Shown in pieces: positions 8,586 through 19,331 of a DNA stretch of 64,000 nucleotides. Position numbers and translations under genes: made by a program. The notes under the pieces were generated by a model, which was not told the DNA's origin, ran no database searches, and worked only from the letters and a program-made list of their open reading frames with translations. This stretch comes from Thermoplasmatota archaeon (GTDB taxonomy: Archaea; Thermoplasmatota; Penumbrarchaeia; Penumbrarchaeales; Penumbrarchaeaceae), in NCBI GenBank assembly GCA_965234725.1, contig CBDDUX010000002.1, positions 1 to 64,000 of the forward strand, in the 5' to 3' direction. The stretch's first letter is position 1. Each line of letters opens with the position of its first letter.

Positions 8586-9312
8586 ACTCAACGAAGAGCA
8601 TGACCAGGATCACCGAGATGATCCCGAGCGCCACGGTTATGAAATGGAGGAGAAGATCTACCATGGGTCTCTTCCTTTTATTTCCAAGAGCCATGGTATT
8701 GGCAGGGTTGATCTCCTTGGACTTGACTATCGAAAGATATATCCCGAGGAGGGATGAAACGAATATCACCCATGCAAGTAGATATGGATTTACAGTATTT
8801 CCAGAGAACAACGTATAGATCAGGATAAAGGAGACGGACAATGAAACCACTATCCCCCATATGACAAAATATCCGATACTTCCGTGTGCTTTATACCTGG
8901 CCCCACCTCTGGGAAAGGTCTTTTCCATTTCTACAGTTAGTCTGTTCACGAATTCATCCGAACCCTCGACGACAACTCTTGCTGGTCTATCAGGATCGAG
9001 GTAGAGGGAGCACCTGTTTCGGTTTGGTAAGGTAATGGTGTAATAGAAGTATTCGGCGTCCGAGGGAACTGACTTGAGGTCCCTTTCGAAATCATCAAGG
9101 GAATGAAACTGATATGGTTTCGTCCCTGCAGAGAACATAATGAGTTCCTGATGTTTCTCCTTCCCTTTGGAGGATCCGATGAGGGTCTGCTTGAATCTCC
9201 TCATGTCCTCGACCTTAAGGTCTTGGGATCTGAGGTCCAGGGACCTTCTGTTCTTTCCGGTCATCCTGATATAACTATTCTTGATCAGGCTATTTAATGT
9301 TTCTTTCAACAA
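8575..9312 (-). CDS. Hypothetical membrane protein (3 C-terminal TM helices)
   Basis: 245-aa ORF, soluble N-terminal half, three hydrophobic segments. Confidence 0.7.
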   Translation of the reverse strand: MLKETLNSLIKNSYIRMTGKNRRSLDLRSQDLKVEDMRRFKQTLIGSSKGKEKHQELIMFSAGTKPYQFHSLDDFERDLKSVPSDAEYFYYTITLPNRNRCSLYLDPDRPARVVVEGSDEFVNRLTVEMEKTFPRGGARYKAHGSIGYFVIWGIVVSLSVSFILIYTLFSGNTVNPYLLAWVIFVSSLLGIYLSIVKSKEINPANTMALGNKRKRPMVDLLLHFITVALGIISVILVMLFVEFNI

Positions 9313-9357
9313 TGTTCCATTGGAAGAAACAAACCATTCAACCCTAAACCATATGTA

Positions 9358-10083
9358 GTGGATGATATTAACAGTAATATGACCCCCGCATGGGAAGAGA
9401 CCTTCGATGAAGCTCAGAAGAAAACCGAGGACACCCGGAGGAAGATGTTCATTGATTCCGTTAGGGAGAAGGTCCCGGCCATTGATCCGGAGCTATCATT
9501 CCTCACTCCGGTTGAACTCCTTCAGGCAATGAACGAAAACCAGGTCATCCTTGATTACTACAAACGGTTGGAAGGATATGAAACCCCCCAGAAGGAATTG
9601 GCCATACTCTATCCGGATGCGGACAGAAAACCATGGACCCTGGGAAAGACAGATGCCCTGATCTATAGGAATCTGCATACTTCCATCAAGAACCTCAAAT
9701 TGGAGGAAAAAGTCACAATTTTTACGATCTCCCCCCTTCTCGGTATAATACCTATGGAATGGTATGATGAGATGCCAATGTATGATGCATCGGGTGCTCA
9801 ATCCTTCATGGTGAGGAGAAGGGGCCTCTCATGGGATCAAGATAAGTTCAGACAGGTGATCATGAGGTCAGCGGAGATCGTTGATTCCTTCCTTTCAAGG
9901 AATTACGAAAGGATCGGTAAATGGCATATCATTTACCGGGATCCTTCAGTTCATCAACGGATATTCGAATCTGCAATGGATATTCAACCCCGGGCTATCT
10001 GGCCTCACAAGACAAAGAAGTCCCTTGCTGATTCCTACCTTGCGATAAGGAATATCATGAAGGAGATAGTGGAGACACTATGA
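9358..10083 (+). CDS. DUF5591-like protein (resembles a domain of archaeosine synthase/TGT proteins)
   Basis: AILYPDADRKPW and TISPLLGIIPMEWYDEMPMYD motifs; coupled to next gene by ATGA overlap. Confidence 0.5.
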   Translation: MDDINSNMTPAWEETFDEAQKKTEDTRRKMFIDSVREKVPAIDPELSFLTPVELLQAMNENQVILDYYKRLEGYETPQKELAILYPDADRKPWTLGKTDALIYRNLHTSIKNLKLEEKVTIFTISPLLGIIPMEWYDEMPMYDASGAQSFMVRRRGLSWDQDKFRQVIMRSAEIVDSFLSRNYERIGKWHIIYRDPSVHQRIFESAMDIQPRAIWPHKTKKSLADSYLAIRNIMKEIVETL

Positions 10084-11759
10084 CCGAGAAGGGGAAGGAT
10101 AAAAAAGAGAGGCTGGCCGATGCATACTCCGGCCCCAAGGTCCAGGGATTCCTATCATTTCTCACAGGTCCCAATCAGGGACAAAAAGATGATAAGGATA
10201 AACGCCAGAAGGTCTTTGTAAAGGTAAGAGCCCTGGTGAAGAAGCATTATCCGATCATTTCCGGAGACCATGACCAATCCGGCATATTCTTCAAGGTCAT
10301 TGCAGATCCAAAGAAGGATCCCGAAAGTTTTGAAAAACTCCGAATGACCCTGAAGGAGGAAGGTTTCTTTCCCAGATTGATGGATACGGGGACGGAGAAT
10401 ATCATTGCAATATTTCCACTTCCGAAGAGAAAACCTGGGAACATCACCACCAATATCGTCCTTCTTGTCCTAACGGTGATAACGACGGTATGGGCAGGGG
10501 CTATGCTCTGGGAAGAAAGGACAGGAGAACTTTCGGATATTGGTGATCTGATGGGTGTCCTTCTGAACCCGATCGATGTGGGAATGGGGGCCTTGACCTT
10601 TGCCTTTCCACTTCTCTTGATCCTCGGCACTCATGAACTAGGTCATTACTTCACTGCAAGACGTTACAATGTCGATGCTTCTCTACCGTATTTCATCCCG
10701 GTCCCACCTATGTTCTCTCCATTCGGAACCTTTGGCGCTTTGATATCAATGAAGGAGCCGATATCCAACAAGAGAGCACTGGTGGACATCGGTGCAGCAG
10801 GCCCGATAGCCGGCTTCATCGTTGCCATTCCGGTCACCTTTGTGGGGCTTCTTTTAACTGGTGCATTCCCATCCTCCGCGGAGATGATCGAAGGTGCACA
10901 ATATCTGAAGATCAATCCCCCTCTCCTTTTCAGGGCGATCATGGCCTCTCTTGGGATTGGTAGCGGAGAAGATCTCTTTCCGACAGCCCTCGCAGGATGG
11001 ATCGGTCTCTTTGTAACCTCCATCAACCTCTTTCCCGCTGGACAGCTGGATGGAGGTCACATTGCAAGGGGTGTTTTCGGGGATAAGGGAAAGCTGCTTT
11101 CCTTTGCTACAGTGGCTGTGCTTCTCCTTCTTGGATTCCTAACCCCGTTCAAGACCTACCTTCTATTCGCATTCCTGATTCTTCTTATGGGTGCAAGGCA
11201 CCCTCCTCCTTTGGATGATCTTTCTCCAATAAGGAAGAAGCAGTTCATGACAGCCGGGTTGTGCCTGCTGATCATGGTGCTAACCTTTCATCCGCTACCA
11301 CTCGAGGTAGTTACAATGGGAGCTGGTGGAGTGGAAATTGGCGAAGTACCTACGGAACTGAACCTTTCTTCGGAGAACCCTAGGGTATTCTCGGTCTCTG
11401 TGAAGAACACTGGTGGCCTTGACAAGGATGTCCAATTGATGATGTTCATTGATGGAGAAAGAGTGCTTTACGATCCTCTCATCCCGGGACCTGATTGGAA
11501 TGCGTCCACATTCGGTCCGATTGAGCAAGTGGCTGAATCGATATGGATACACAATGGATGGTTCATTTTACTGATGGACCCAGTCGAGATGGAGATCCGG
11601 GGAGGAGAGGGCAATACCCTTTCCTGGAACATGGTTATGGGCTGTTCAAAGAATATGACATTCGGCAATGAATCAGTTCTTGATCTTGGTTTTTCCACCC
11701 GCAATGAGATCACATGGACATCCATCATTCTCAGATGCTCGACCCCCAAGACTCCCTAA
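10080..11759 (+). CDS. Site-2 protease (M50) with C-terminal extracytoplasmic extension
   Basis: HELGH, FGTFGA, IGAAGP, NLFPAGQLDGGH; multiple TM helices. Confidence 0.93.
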   Translation: MTEKGKDKKERLADAYSGPKVQGFLSFLTGPNQGQKDDKDKRQKVFVKVRALVKKHYPIISGDHDQSGIFFKVIADPKKDPESFEKLRMTLKEEGFFPRLMDTGTENIIAIFPLPKRKPGNITTNIVLLVLTVITTVWAGAMLWEERTGELSDIGDLMGVLLNPIDVGMGALTFAFPLLLILGTHELGHYFTARRYNVDASLPYFIPVPPMFSPFGTFGALISMKEPISNKRALVDIGAAGPIAGFIVAIPVTFVGLLLTGAFPSSAEMIEGAQYLKINPPLLFRAIMASLGIGSGEDLFPTALAGWIGLFVTSINLFPAGQLDGGHIARGVFGDKGKLLSFATVAVLLLLGFLTPFKTYLLFAFLILLMGARHPPPLDDLSPIRKKQFMTAGLCLLIMVLTFHPLPLEVVTMGAGGVEIGEVPTELNLSSENPRVFSVSVKNTGGLDKDVQLMMFIDGERVLYDPLIPGPDWNASTFGPIEQVAESIWIHNGWFILLMDPVEMEIRGGEGNTLSWNMVMGCSKNMTFGNESVLDLGFSTRNEITWTSIILRCSTPKTP

Positions 11760-11823
11760 AGTTTAAATCCAAGGTCCTTTATCCGCGCAAAGACCCCGCT
11801 AAAAAGCGTTGGTGGTGCTTCCC

Positions 11824-12720
11824 ATGAAAGAGGGAGATTTCATTAAAATAGAGTTCGATGCCTTTGCAAAGGAGACCGATCAGCTTGTTGATACCACTCA
11901 TGAGGAGGTAGCCAAGGAGCATGATGTATTCAACGACAGGGCAAAATATGTTCCAATGGCCGTCATTGTTGGCGCTGGTAGCGTTGTAAAAGGCCTGGAA
12001 GAGTCGTTGAAGGATGCAGAGATCGGAAAGGACATTGAAGTTGAGGTAAGTGATAAGGACGCCTTCGGAGAAAAGGACCCTAAACTGATAGAGGTCTATC
12101 CGATGAACAAGATCCTCTCCCTTCCCGAGTTCAGGAAGGGTGACCAGTATCCCTCCGAGGGAATGGACATAAGGATCAACAACAGGATCGGTTACATCAA
12201 CAAGATCTTTGCCGGAAGGGTGAGGGTGGATTTCAACAACAGATGGGCCGGTCGCACCATTCTCTACAAGTACAAGATCACTGAGATAGTCGAGGGCAAG
12301 GAAGATAAGATGAAAGCCCTCATCGAGGCCGTATATCCACAATCGGATGAGTTCACTTTTGAATTCAAAGGGGATGAGGAGGTTGATGTTATCCTCCCCG
12401 ACATAGTAAAGCTGGATACAAACTGGGCCATGGCCAAGTTCAGACTGGTTTCCGATCTGAGAAAATACCTGGACATCAAAACAGTAAGGATGATAGAGGT
12501 ATATGTCAGGAAGGAAGAGGAAGCAGCCAAGGAAGAAGAGCATGATCATGAATGTGACGATCCTGACTGCGACCATGACCATTCACATGATAAAGCGGAT
12601 GAGAAGACCCCTGAGGAGAAAGAGGAGAAGCCCGAAAAGGTGAAGGAAACCCCCAAGAAGAGGGCTCCCAGGAAATCATCCAAGAAAAAGGATGAGGCAG
12701 AGGTCGTAAAAGAAGAGTGA
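11824..12720 (+). CDS. slyD: Long-type FKBP peptidyl-prolyl isomerase with His/Cys-rich tail
   Basis: MKEGDFIKIEF, VDTT, GRVRVDFN, archaeal C-terminal domain, HDHECDDPDCDHDHSH. Confidence 0.88.
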   Translation: MKEGDFIKIEFDAFAKETDQLVDTTHEEVAKEHDVFNDRAKYVPMAVIVGAGSVVKGLEESLKDAEIGKDIEVEVSDKDAFGEKDPKLIEVYPMNKILSLPEFRKGDQYPSEGMDIRINNRIGYINKIFAGRVRVDFNNRWAGRTILYKYKITEIVEGKEDKMKALIEAVYPQSDEFTFEFKGDEEVDVILPDIVKLDTNWAMAKFRLVSDLRKYLDIKTVRMIEVYVRKEEEAAKEEEHDHECDDPDCDHDHSHDKADEKTPEEKEEKPEKVKETPKKRAPRKSSKKKDEAEVVKEE

Positions 12721-12823
12721 TGTTGCATCCTTGTTTACATACATATCTGAGCAAAAAGTTAAAGGATTATATATGGAGTTGAACGCCTGGAAGAGGCATC
12801 AAAGCCAGGTCCAGGTGATTCAC

Positions 12824-15800
12824 ATGGGTAAGACCCTGCCATCCAAGAGTTCATTGTATAGAAGAAGTACCGCAATCTCTTTTGTTCTTCTTCTGGTCAC
12901 CGTGGGAATCCTCTCACAACTGGAAATGGGTGAAGCGGCCGTGACAGCAGGAGTTGTCAGGGTACTTACCAACCCTGGCCAGGATACTCACGAGAACTCC
13001 ACCGCAATTCCTGTAATAGGATTCGGGGCGACCTCCTCGACCGGAACGGATACACTCAGCAGTGTCATTTTGACCATCAACAGAAGGTCAACTTCATTTT
13101 CGATATCCGACATCGAGACGGTCTCTTCCAATATGTCTTCTTCCGGACTTGGTCTTTACAGGGATGCCGGGACAACCGATGATGACCTTGATCCCTCTGA
13201 TATACCTCTGTCCGTCTCCTCGGTATCGCTTACGACCGGATCAGGATCATGGACCTACACTTTCACGATCTCATCAGAGATCGTTCCTACCTCGATAACC
13301 GGTTCCTTCGGATGGATCGTGGTCGCAAGGACCTCATCAACCTCGGTAACATCCGATCAATTCAACGTGGCGATCCCATCCGGGGGGGTTTCATACTCTG
13401 ACACGACAACGATGCCCTCTTCGACCGTTACATCTGATACGATCAATGTGATACTGACAAGATCGCTCTACATCGGGACCTCCTCACCTATCATCATCGG
13501 TGAGCTGGGGGCCGAGGTAGATACGCTGCCAACACAGGGATTATCGATATTCTCCGGTATAGCTCAGAGTGAGAAGATAGATTCCATCGAAGTGGTCCTC
13601 AACTCTGTTTCCAATTTCGATCCATCCACAGACCTAAGGACCATGGGAACCTCAGCTAATTCGGGATTGAAGGTGTATCTCGATAATGGACCCGGATCCT
13701 CCGATGTATGGGACCCATCCGGGGATACATTGATGATCCCCCAAAATGTACAAATGACCAACGGCTCGGGTAACTGGAAGGTGTTGCTCGATTATCCGGA
13801 CTCTGGATCAGGTTCGTACAATGTTCCCACCACCTCATCCGGATCCTATGACATCTTCATCTGCGTCTCAACATCTTCGACCATTGGACACGAGGATACG
13901 TTCTTCACCTCCATATCCTCATGGGGGCTCACATATTACGGACTTGATGGGAACTCCCGGAGCGTTCTTCAATCATCCAACAGATCAAGGAACTTTGAAG
14001 CGGATACAAAGGCTCCGGATCTGGAGGATGCCAACCTTCGTGTCTACACGAGTCCAGTATCAGCCTATTTTTACGAGGCGGATACCGATCTTGAAGGAAC
14101 GGATGAGGTATTCTACAATTCTCTTTCCGGCCAGGGTCTTGGAATGGAGATCCGAGTTAACCTTGCTGGATATGACGAGGAGAACCTCTACGTATTCGAG
14201 GGTGAACCAGCATTTGAATATGAGACCTGGAATAGGGACCTGATCTTCTCTGACAGGACCGAGATCTCCTATACCGTGACAACTGTTCCTCCCCTCAACC
14301 CCATGGTCTTCAGGTTGAAGGATGTAGTGGGCCACAATACCACTTTCGAGGTCAACATAACCGAGGATAACCAGGCTCCTCTTGTCAGGAACTTCGCCCT
14401 TACTGACCCTTCAAGGTACATTGAGACCCAGACCGGTGCCAGGAATGTCTATTTCAGGTCCAGCATGATATCTCCGGAACCTTTCCATATAGTTGGGGAA
14501 GGGTACGAACCCGACGGAGAATCCGGGGTTGATGAGATCTATTTCACAGTCGAACCTTCTCTCTATTCTTCACCTTCAAGTGATGATACTCCCCAAAGTT
14601 TCAACGCTTCATATTTCATCGACTCCCTATCGTCAGGGGTATCATCTCCGATCTATGTCGATCTGTATGACAATGTACAGAACAGGAACAGGATCAGGAT
14701 AAATTACTCGGAAATATCCACCTATCCAGTGGTTACAATGATCCAACCGTCAACCTCCGGGACCAATGTTTCCGGTGTTTCAAGGGTCATCGCCAGAGTG
14801 CAATCCACCCCATCAATTCTCAAGGTGGAGTTCGGAGTGGATGGAGACACTTCACTTCAGAGAATGACCTATGGAGGAGGTTCCGGAGATACGGGAATCT
14901 ACTACATCGATTGGGATACTGTTGATTACACCGAAGGTGAACATGTCCTCAAGGTCAAGGCAACGGATATGACCAATGGTGTGGGTTATAATACCCAGAT
15001 AAGGTTAAATGTCAATAACTACCCTCTTTGGGGTTACTTCCAGAGCCCGTTATACGGGAGTTCCAACAGGGATACCATCGGTGTCAGACTGATCACCTCG
15101 AATTACCTGAGATCAGCCAAATTGTATGTGGATGGTGTAAAGGTCGACACATTCGTAGGTTATCCAGTGAACGGGAGGGTGGACCTCTCGATCGATACTA
15201 CACAGTTTGATGACGGCACATATCCTCTTAAAGCTGTTCTTGATGGATTCGGTGGCAGATCGGTTGAGATATTCAACTCCATAGAGATCGATAATTCCGA
15301 TCCTGTATTGTATGATATTATGGTGGATTTCCCGGGGACCCAGCAGGCACTGAAACCTGATGACATGATCAGACTGAAGGCAAGGATCTTCGACAACCAG
15401 TCCGGATTGCAGACAACCTATGTCGTAGCCAATTCCATCGGGGGATCGAGCATGCAGACCCTCTATGACAACGGTTTTACCGATGACGGATCTACCAATG
15501 ACGGATTCTTTTCCACAATAGAATTCGAGGTGGACGGTCCGTGGGCATATCATACCATTCGATTCGTGGCAGTTGACAGAGCAGGGAACACTGTTGAGAG
15601 GAAGTTCATGGTGGCAATGGATGCCCTCGATCCGTTGATCGAGAACATGTGGGTGGATTATCCCGGAAGTCAACAGGGAGCAGCCGAAGGGGATGATATC
15701 CAGGTGAAGGCGGTATTATCCGACAGCACCGCCCCAATCTACATGACCTTAGTTCTTGACAATTCGGGATCCATGTTCGACTCTGGAAGGATGGGTGAAC

Positions 15801-18800
15801 TTCAGAGAGCTGCAAAATCCTTTATCAACCAGACAAGGTCCATCGATTACGTTTCCCTCTATCGGTTCTACTGGATAGGGGAGGAACCATTCGAGGGTTT
15901 TGCTCCGGGCTGGCCAAAGAGGGTATTGAATTTCACCAGGATGAATCAGGAGGGAAAGAAACAGGCCATTGATCTGATCGATAATTTCGATGATGAAGTA
16001 AAAGAAGATGATCTTAGATCACCTGGAACTCCCATTTGGGACACAATTGGCAACGCTACAACCTATACCATCTCCAATTCCCATTCAAATCCAATAGTGA
16101 TCGCTTTTACTGATGGAGCGGATGATTATAACCGTGATTTGGAGTTTGAGGAGGGTTCAGCCCATTTCTGTCCATGGCACAATTGGGGCAATGAAAGATA
16201 TGTAGATTATCATTGGGGAAAATATGCTGATCCCTATTCGGATGGATATTTTTGGGTCAGTAATTTCGTCAATGAATCAAGGAAGGGCCTATTGAACATT
16301 CCCATTCCGGTCTATACAGTTGGGCTTGGTCTTGAACACCACGATCCTCCCAATTTCCCGGTGAAATCCTCACCACCTTCACAGTATGAACACGACAATG
16401 TCTCTGCATACTATTCAGGAGAATCAGGGACTCCCGAGTACAATCTCTGGAGAATAGCTGATACCTCCTCCGGGGGTAAATATTTCTATGCTCCCTCTGC
16501 CACACTCCTGGAACGTGTTTACAAGGATATTGCAAATTCGATCTATTCAACAGAGGACCCTGCAAAGATCATGAGAGCTACAGCAATGCTTCCACTTGAT
16601 ATGACCCTCGAAGTTGAACTCTACGACGATGGGCTGCATAACGATGGTATTGCAGGAGATAATATCTGGGCCTCGGAATACTACACCGTTCCGGAACTGC
16701 CGACCGAGTCAAGGACTGTCATCATTGATGTATGGGATTGGGCGAACCGCACAAATGCGGATTCATTCAAAATGATAAGCGACAATGACGCTCCTTATGT
16801 CGAATGGGTGAAGATGGTATATCCCGAGGGAAGGGCCTCTGTCGGAGACGGGGAGAAATTCCATATAGAGATCAACGTCACAGACAAGATCGCAGGCATA
16901 TGGAAGATAATCGGAGATGGTAGCGATATGGGATTCTTCCCCCCGATCACATTCAACAACACGGGAGAGGGAAATGATCTGAACAAGTCGGATACCATTT
17001 TCACTTCCAAGGATATCATTGCCCAGTCTGGCAATGCTCCATCCATCTACCATTTCTTAGACATGATGGTTACGGATTATGCCGGGAACGCCATAAAAGC
17101 GAGAGGGCAGGTCCTGGTGGTCAATGATTTCGCATCCCCGGTTGTATCAATGATCACACCCAAGGATTTCGGTTTCCTGGGAGGTGATGACCCGATCACT
17201 CTCCTTGCAAGGGATGATGGGGAGATCCAGCGGGTGATCTATGAAATCAAAGATGAGAATGGAACGTTGCTTCAGGAGGGTTTCATCAAGAAGGACCAGG
17301 GTGACCTTTTCTCTTCTCCTGTTGATGTAACCCGTATCAAAGAAGGAAATTATCTGCTTGAGGTAAAAGCAATAGACACAGCTGGAAGAGTGGGATCATC
17401 CGGGGTTCTGAACATAAGTATCGACAATACCCTGCCCCAGTTCTTACTGCATTCGCCATTGAACGGATCCAGTGTAGGAGGGGTTGTGGCTTTCACCTAT
17501 ACTTTCAAAGACCTCTTCCAGGATTTCGTGGGATATTCCATCGATGGAGGACCTTTCCTTGATGCCGGAGATGGGATGGATACCGAATTATACTCCGAGG
17601 GATACCACAAGGTAAAGGTCCGCGGATTCGATGGAAGGGGCAAATCCCAGGGTGTGACACTTGACCTTTACTTCGACAATGGTGTTCCACAAGTGGACCT
17701 ACTCCTACCATCTGGAGGAGTTGTCCTGAACGGTACACGAAAACTTCTTGCAAGGGTTACTGATGGAGGAGGGATCCAGTATACGGAAGCCAGGATCTAC
17801 GAGTGGGGCAACAGATCTCAGCCAACTCCACCAACACCATCTGAAGACCCGGTGGTATCCATAAGGATGGATGGTCCATCCGATGCAGTGGTGATCGCAG
17901 GGTTCTTCCAGGGAGAATTGAATTCATATGGACTTCCCGACGGCAGGTATCTATTGGATATCGCAGCCAGGGACAGGTCCGGGACGGAGGGGCATGCTCT
18001 CCAATATTTACCATTGGACAACAACGCACCTGTTCTGAACGTGCTCTATCCCGTAAATGGAGGGGCGGTTACCGGGTCTTTCACACCTGATGCCCAGGCG
18101 GACGATCCGTTCCTTTCAAAGGCATATTTCACTTTTAACGGGAAAGAGTATCCCTTCGATGCAACCATCGATATGGACGGTGTCTCTGACGGGAAGTACC
18201 TGATGAGGTTCGTGGCCATTGACAGTGCTTTAAGAACCACATCCAAGGAGCTGATAATATACGTTGACAAGACCGCGCCGGAGGTCCAGCTGCAGTCACC
18301 TGTTGATGGTTACGCAGCGGGTGATGAACTAATAGTGATGGCAAGGATCAATGAAGTTGCAGGGATCAGATATGCGTTCCTGAACATCGACGGATCCAAC
18401 ATCATGTTGGGCAATCCAATAGGTGACGGAGGATTGTACAGTTTCATTCTGAACATGACCCCCTTCGACAGGTCAGCTCACAAGATCAAAGTGGTGGTGG
18501 AGAACAATGCAGGTATGACCACCGAATCAAGGACCATAACTATTTACAAAGGTTATCTGGACACCGATGGTGACGGTGTGACGGATCCCTATGATGATGA
18601 TCCTCAGAATCCGCTTATCAACGGGGATGTGGACCATGATGGATTCGGATCTTTCTACGACGACGATGACGACGGTGATGGCATACTGGACCTGTACGAA
18701 CCCCAGTATGACAGCCTTATGCTTTCCGGAGATTCCAAAGGAATACCATTCAGGCTGGACCCCACGGAATGGGCTGATTCGGATGAGGATGGTGTAGGGG

Positions 18801-19330
18801 ATAATATCGATCCTGATGTTGATGGTGATGGTATAATCAATGCACTTGATGCATTCCCCACCGATCCCCTTGAATGGTCTGACATTGACCGGGATGGCAT
18901 TGGAGACAACAGCGATACTGATAGGGATGGGGATGGTGTCGATAACGATGATGACGATCTGCCGAACGACCCTTCCGAGTGGACCGATACCGATGGCGAC
19001 GGTGTAGGGAACAACAAGGATGAGGATGACGATGGTGACGGTCTTCCCGATTCCAGGGATGATTTCCCGACCAACAGGTTCAGAAAATATAGATATCTGG
19101 ACCTTGCAGTCTATGTCCTGCTTGCAGGTATTGCTGTATTTGCTGTGTTCTCGGCATTGGTGTTCAGGGAACGGATCGCAGTTGGTTTGGAATCCTCCTG
19201 GAAGGAAGGCAGGATCAAGAAGGCCAGGGACCGTGTCTCATCAGCATTCAAGGAAAAGGAGATGAGCTGGGACAAGGAAAAGAAAGGCCCCAGGGTCAAG
19301 AAGATGGTACCTCCGCGCAAGAGGAGATGA
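12824..19330 (+). CDS. Giant cell-surface protein: Ser/Thr-rich N-terminus, Ig-like repeats, vWA domain, thrombospondin type-3-like repeats, C-terminal TM anchor
   Basis: Signal peptide; repeated DNxxP-V...P-xG Ig-like units; VLDNSGSM/GTP/FTDG MIDAS; DxDGDGxGDNxD repeats; TM helix and basic tail; SD aggtga before ATG 12824. Confidence 0.88.
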   Translation: MGKTLPSKSSLYRRSTAISFVLLLVTVGILSQLEMGEAAVTAGVVRVLTNPGQDTHENSTAIPVIGFGATSSTGTDTLSSVILTINRRSTSFSISDIETVSSNMSSSGLGLYRDAGTTDDDLDPSDIPLSVSSVSLTTGSGSWTYTFTISSEIVPTSITGSFGWIVVARTSSTSVTSDQFNVAIPSGGVSYSDTTTMPSSTVTSDTINVILTRSLYIGTSSPIIIGELGAEVDTLPTQGLSIFSGIAQSEKIDSIEVVLNSVSNFDPSTDLRTMGTSANSGLKVYLDNGPGSSDVWDPSGDTLMIPQNVQMTNGSGNWKVLLDYPDSGSGSYNVPTTSSGSYDIFICVSTSSTIGHEDTFFTSISSWGLTYYGLDGNSRSVLQSSNRSRNFEADTKAPDLEDANLRVYTSPVSAYFYEADTDLEGTDEVFYNSLSGQGLGMEIRVNLAGYDEENLYVFEGEPAFEYETWNRDLIFSDRTEISYTVTTVPPLNPMVFRLKDVVGHNTTFEVNITEDNQAPLVRNFALTDPSRYIETQTGARNVYFRSSMISPEPFHIVGEGYEPDGESGVDEIYFTVEPSLYSSPSSDDTPQSFNASYFIDSLSSGVSSPIYVDLYDNVQNRNRIRINYSEISTYPVVTMIQPSTSGTNVSGVSRVIARVQSTPSILKVEFGVDGDTSLQRMTYGGGSGDTGIYYIDWDTVDYTEGEHVLKVKATDMTNGVGYNTQIRLNVNNYPLWGYFQSPLYGSSNRDTIGVRLITSNYLRSAKLYVDGVKVDTFVGYPVNGRVDLSIDTTQFDDGTYPLKAVLDGFGGRSVEIFNSIEIDNSDPVLYDIMVDFPGTQQALKPDDMIRLKARIFDNQSGLQTTYVVANSIGGSSMQTLYDNGFTDDGSTNDGFFSTIEFEVDGPWAYHTIRFVAVDRAGNTVERKFMVAMDALDPLIENMWVDYPGSQQGAAEGDDIQVKAVLSDSTAPIYMTLVLDNSGSMFDSGRMGELQRAAKSFINQTRSIDYVSLYRFYWIGEEPFEGFAPGWPKRVLNFTRMNQEGKKQAIDLIDNFDDEVKEDDLRSPGTPIWDTIGNATTYTISNSHSNPIVIAFTDGADDYNRDLEFEEGSAHFCPWHNWGNERYVDYHWGKYADPYSDGYFWVSNFVNESRKGLLNIPIPVYTVGLGLEHHDPPNFPVKSSPPSQYEHDNVSAYYSGESGTPEYNLWRIADTSSGGKYFYAPSATLLERVYKDIANSIYSTEDPAKIMRATAMLPLDMTLEVELYDDGLHNDGIAGDNIWASEYYTVPELPTESRTVIIDVWDWANRTNADSFKMISDNDAPYVEWVKMVYPEGRASVGDGEKFHIEINVTDKIAGIWKIIGDGSDMGFFPPITFNNTGEGNDLNKSDTIFTSKDIIAQSGNAPSIYHFLDMMVTDYAGNAIKARGQVLVVNDFASPVVSMITPKDFGFLGGDDPITLLARDDGEIQRVIYEIKDENGTLLQEGFIKKDQGDLFSSPVDVTRIKEGNYLLEVKAIDTAGRVGSSGVLNISIDNTLPQFLLHSPLNGSSVGGVVAFTYTFKDLFQDFVGYSIDGGPFLDAGDGMDTELYSEGYHKVKVRGFDGRGKSQGVTLDLYFDNGVPQVDLLLPSGGVVLNGTRKLLARVTDGGGIQYTEARIYEWGNRSQPTPPTPSEDPVVSIRMDGPSDAVVIAGFFQGELNSYGLPDGRYLLDIAARDRSGTEGHALQYLPLDNNAPVLNVLYPVNGGAVTGSFTPDAQADDPFLSKAYFTFNGKEYPFDATIDMDGVSDGKYLMRFVAIDSALRTTSKELIIYVDKTAPEVQLQSPVDGYAAGDELIVMARINEVAGIRYAFLNIDGSNIMLGNPIGDGGLYSFILNMTPFDRSAHKIKVVVENNAGMTTESRTITIYKGYLDTDGDGVTDPYDDDPQNPLINGDVDHDGFGSFYDDDDDGDGILDLYEPQYDSLMLSGDSKGIPFRLDPTEWADSDEDGVGDNIDPDVDGDGIINALDAFPTDPLEWSDIDRDGIGDNSDTDRDGDGVDNDDDDLPNDPSEWTDTDGDGVGNNKDEDDDGDGLPDSRDDFPTNRFRKYRYLDLAVYVLLAGIAVFAVFSALVFRERIAVGLESSWKEGRIKKARDRVSSAFKEKEMSWDKEKKGPRVKKMVPPRKRR
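18560..19075 (+). repeat. Coding thrombospondin type-3-like Ca-binding repeats
   Basis: Repeated P.DP.EW.D.D.DG.GDN.D.D.DGDG peptide. Confidence 0.85.
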
Positions 19331-19331
19331 T

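Noticed and set aside
11779-12582. 267-aa antisense ORF, and the many other shadow ORFs opposite known genes
   Set aside because: They overlap well-supported genes and show no recognisable motifs
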